The translations under genes and the position numbers were made by a program. This document shows positions 62,111 to 64,000 of a stretch of 64,000 nt of DNA, one piece after another. Where the stretch lies: assembly GCA_951406725.2 (NCBI GenBank), contig OX597830.1:53134001-53198000 (forward strand), read 5' to 3'. Numbering within the stretch: the stretch's first letter is position 1; the number at the start of each line of letters is the position of its first letter. The stretch is from Octopus vulgaris (taxonomy: Eukaryota). The notes beneath the pieces are model-generated. The model saw nothing but the letters and a program-made list of their open reading frames with translations, was not told where the DNA came from and ran no database searches.

Positions 62111-64000
62111 GTGGTTTGTGGTGCTGTCAGTCAGTTAACAGAATTGGTGGAACAGCATTTTGTATGTTTGGGGGGGGGGGTATGGGTCGTATCTGAACCC
62201 TAGACTGACTACATTTACAGTAGTGAAACATACTTCTGATTTCAAGTGTTGCTGGGATTGACATTTTTCATCTCTTTGTGGTGATAAAAGATGCATCAGT
62301 AATACAATGGTTTCATATGGGCTGTTCCTGAAGTAACTGGCTTTGTATTAGATGAGAGTATTTGGTCAGTATAGATACATTTTAGTGGATTGTTTTTCTA
62401 TCAATCACTTCTTTCTTCTCTATCTTTTATTTAACTTCAGCTGTCAGAGGATCTATTCCTGAACATAGTATTTTTATCTTAAGCCTGTAAAGATTTACTA
62501 TTGCTGCCATTTCAAGCAGGCGGCCTAGAGCTTTAACTCTTATTTGCCAGTGGTGATGAAACCCGGTCCTGGCCCAGTATTTAAGTCATTTTATCCAAGT
62601 TATCTACAAGTGAATAAGAGACCTTTGTTTTGCTGAATGAATGCTGTGGTTCTTTCTCTCTCTCCCTACCTGCTCCCTATTCTTCTTTTGTCCCCCTCTC
62701 TTGACATTGCCTGGTTTGTGTGTTTTCTATAAATTACTATTTTCCTTGTTATCTGGTTGCCAAATAAGCAGTTAGCTTAGCCTACCACAGGAGTTCCAGG
62801 CTTGATTCTGCAGTAGTCTTCATTTGTTTCGGATAATTGAAATATATTTGGCATGAATAAATAATACTTCTGGATTTTTAGATGTAAAGTAAATATATAG
62901 ATTTTCTCTTTATATTTTTAAACTCTTAACAAACCGTAGTTGCTATGAAAATGTCTCTTGATAAACAAAAACAATCCTTCTACCAAGAATTTTAACATTC
63001 CACTTTCTACTAATCAAAACTTCAAAAAAAAAAAAAATTCCCTTTTAAATGCTGCCTTTTTTTTTTTTTTTTTTTTTTGTGATTCTCACAAATTAAAATT
63101 TTCAATTTTTTTTCTTCATATTGATCTAAGTTATTTCAAACTATTTTTGAAATGTGAACATTTGTAATATCTTGTTTGAAGCAGACAATAAGTTGCTCTT
63201 CAGTTTTGCCAGTCCTATGGACTAGTAATACATGCAATGGTATGTGTATGCACATACACACACACATGCATACATATATACAGTTCTTTTGAATTTTGTG
63301 AGCTGATATTTTTTTCTTTGTTGGGCTCTGAAAATCTGTAAAAAAAAAAGTTTTATATCTGTTGTGAAGCTCAATTTTAATCTGCTATGCAAATTCCCCA
63401 CCCCCTCCCCCATGTTTGACCCCTCTCCCTTAACTCATAGCATCCTTCTACCCATCCATTTTAAATAAGCTGAAATTTTAATGAAACTGCAATAAAGCCA
63501 ATTTTCTGGTGACACTTGTTCATTTACTTGTGCTTTTTCTTCCACTCTTTTTCGTAGCCCATTTGTCAAGAATCCAACCACTTCAGTTATACAGGCTGGA
63601 GGTTCATAATGGTAGGTGGCCACAAATTCCCACAGTGGGAAGCAGTGTTGTTCTGATAACAGCAGTCTTCCAACAGTATCTGTACATTTGTCTCTCAAGT
63701 CAGCTCTGATTGACCACATCATCATAGGAGCTCTGGCTATGACCACCACCTAATATTTTCAGACTCCATTGTCCAATCTGCCCTTCCTCTTTTCAAGATG
63801 CTCAGGGCAGTTTGAGACATTTTTGTCATTGTTCAATGTCAGATTTATATCCATGGTTCTGGTGTACAGTTTACAACACCTGCTTTTTAGGGAGCTTTCC
63901 TTTGAGACTGCAGCACCTTTATTTTACAAAAGAAAAAAGAAAATCATGGGTTGAACAGTTTTACAGTTATCTGTTAAAGGAGAGTATCAACTCTTATCTC

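Overview
AT-rich, microsatellite- and transposon-rich eukaryotic (animal) genomic DNA; the repeat families suggest an octopus/cephalopod genome (inference). Two spliced host genes are arranged head-to-head. On the minus strand are the first three coding exons of Cyclin T (P-TEFb subunit; ATG at 28603); the rest of the gene was not found and presumably lies left of the window. On the plus strand is a complete 9-exon KANSL2 (NSL/KAT8 complex subunit; 40350-61895, 637 aa as assembled). Each gene carries a GT-AG U12-type (minor spliceosome) intron with GTATCCTTT donor and TCCTTAAC-type branch point. The same two genes are neighbours in human (recalled), which suggests ancient microsynteny. The remainder is degenerate Tc1/mariner copies, piggyBac- and hAT-type MITEs, a Helentron-like element, SINEs with target-site duplications (one folded into an 84-bp hairpin), LINE remnants and simple repeats. 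No prokaryotic-type system (CRISPR, operon) is present, and I cannot claim a demonstrably new biological system. The best leads are the U12-gene pair, U2-type bypass sites around both minor introns, and the fold-back SINE.
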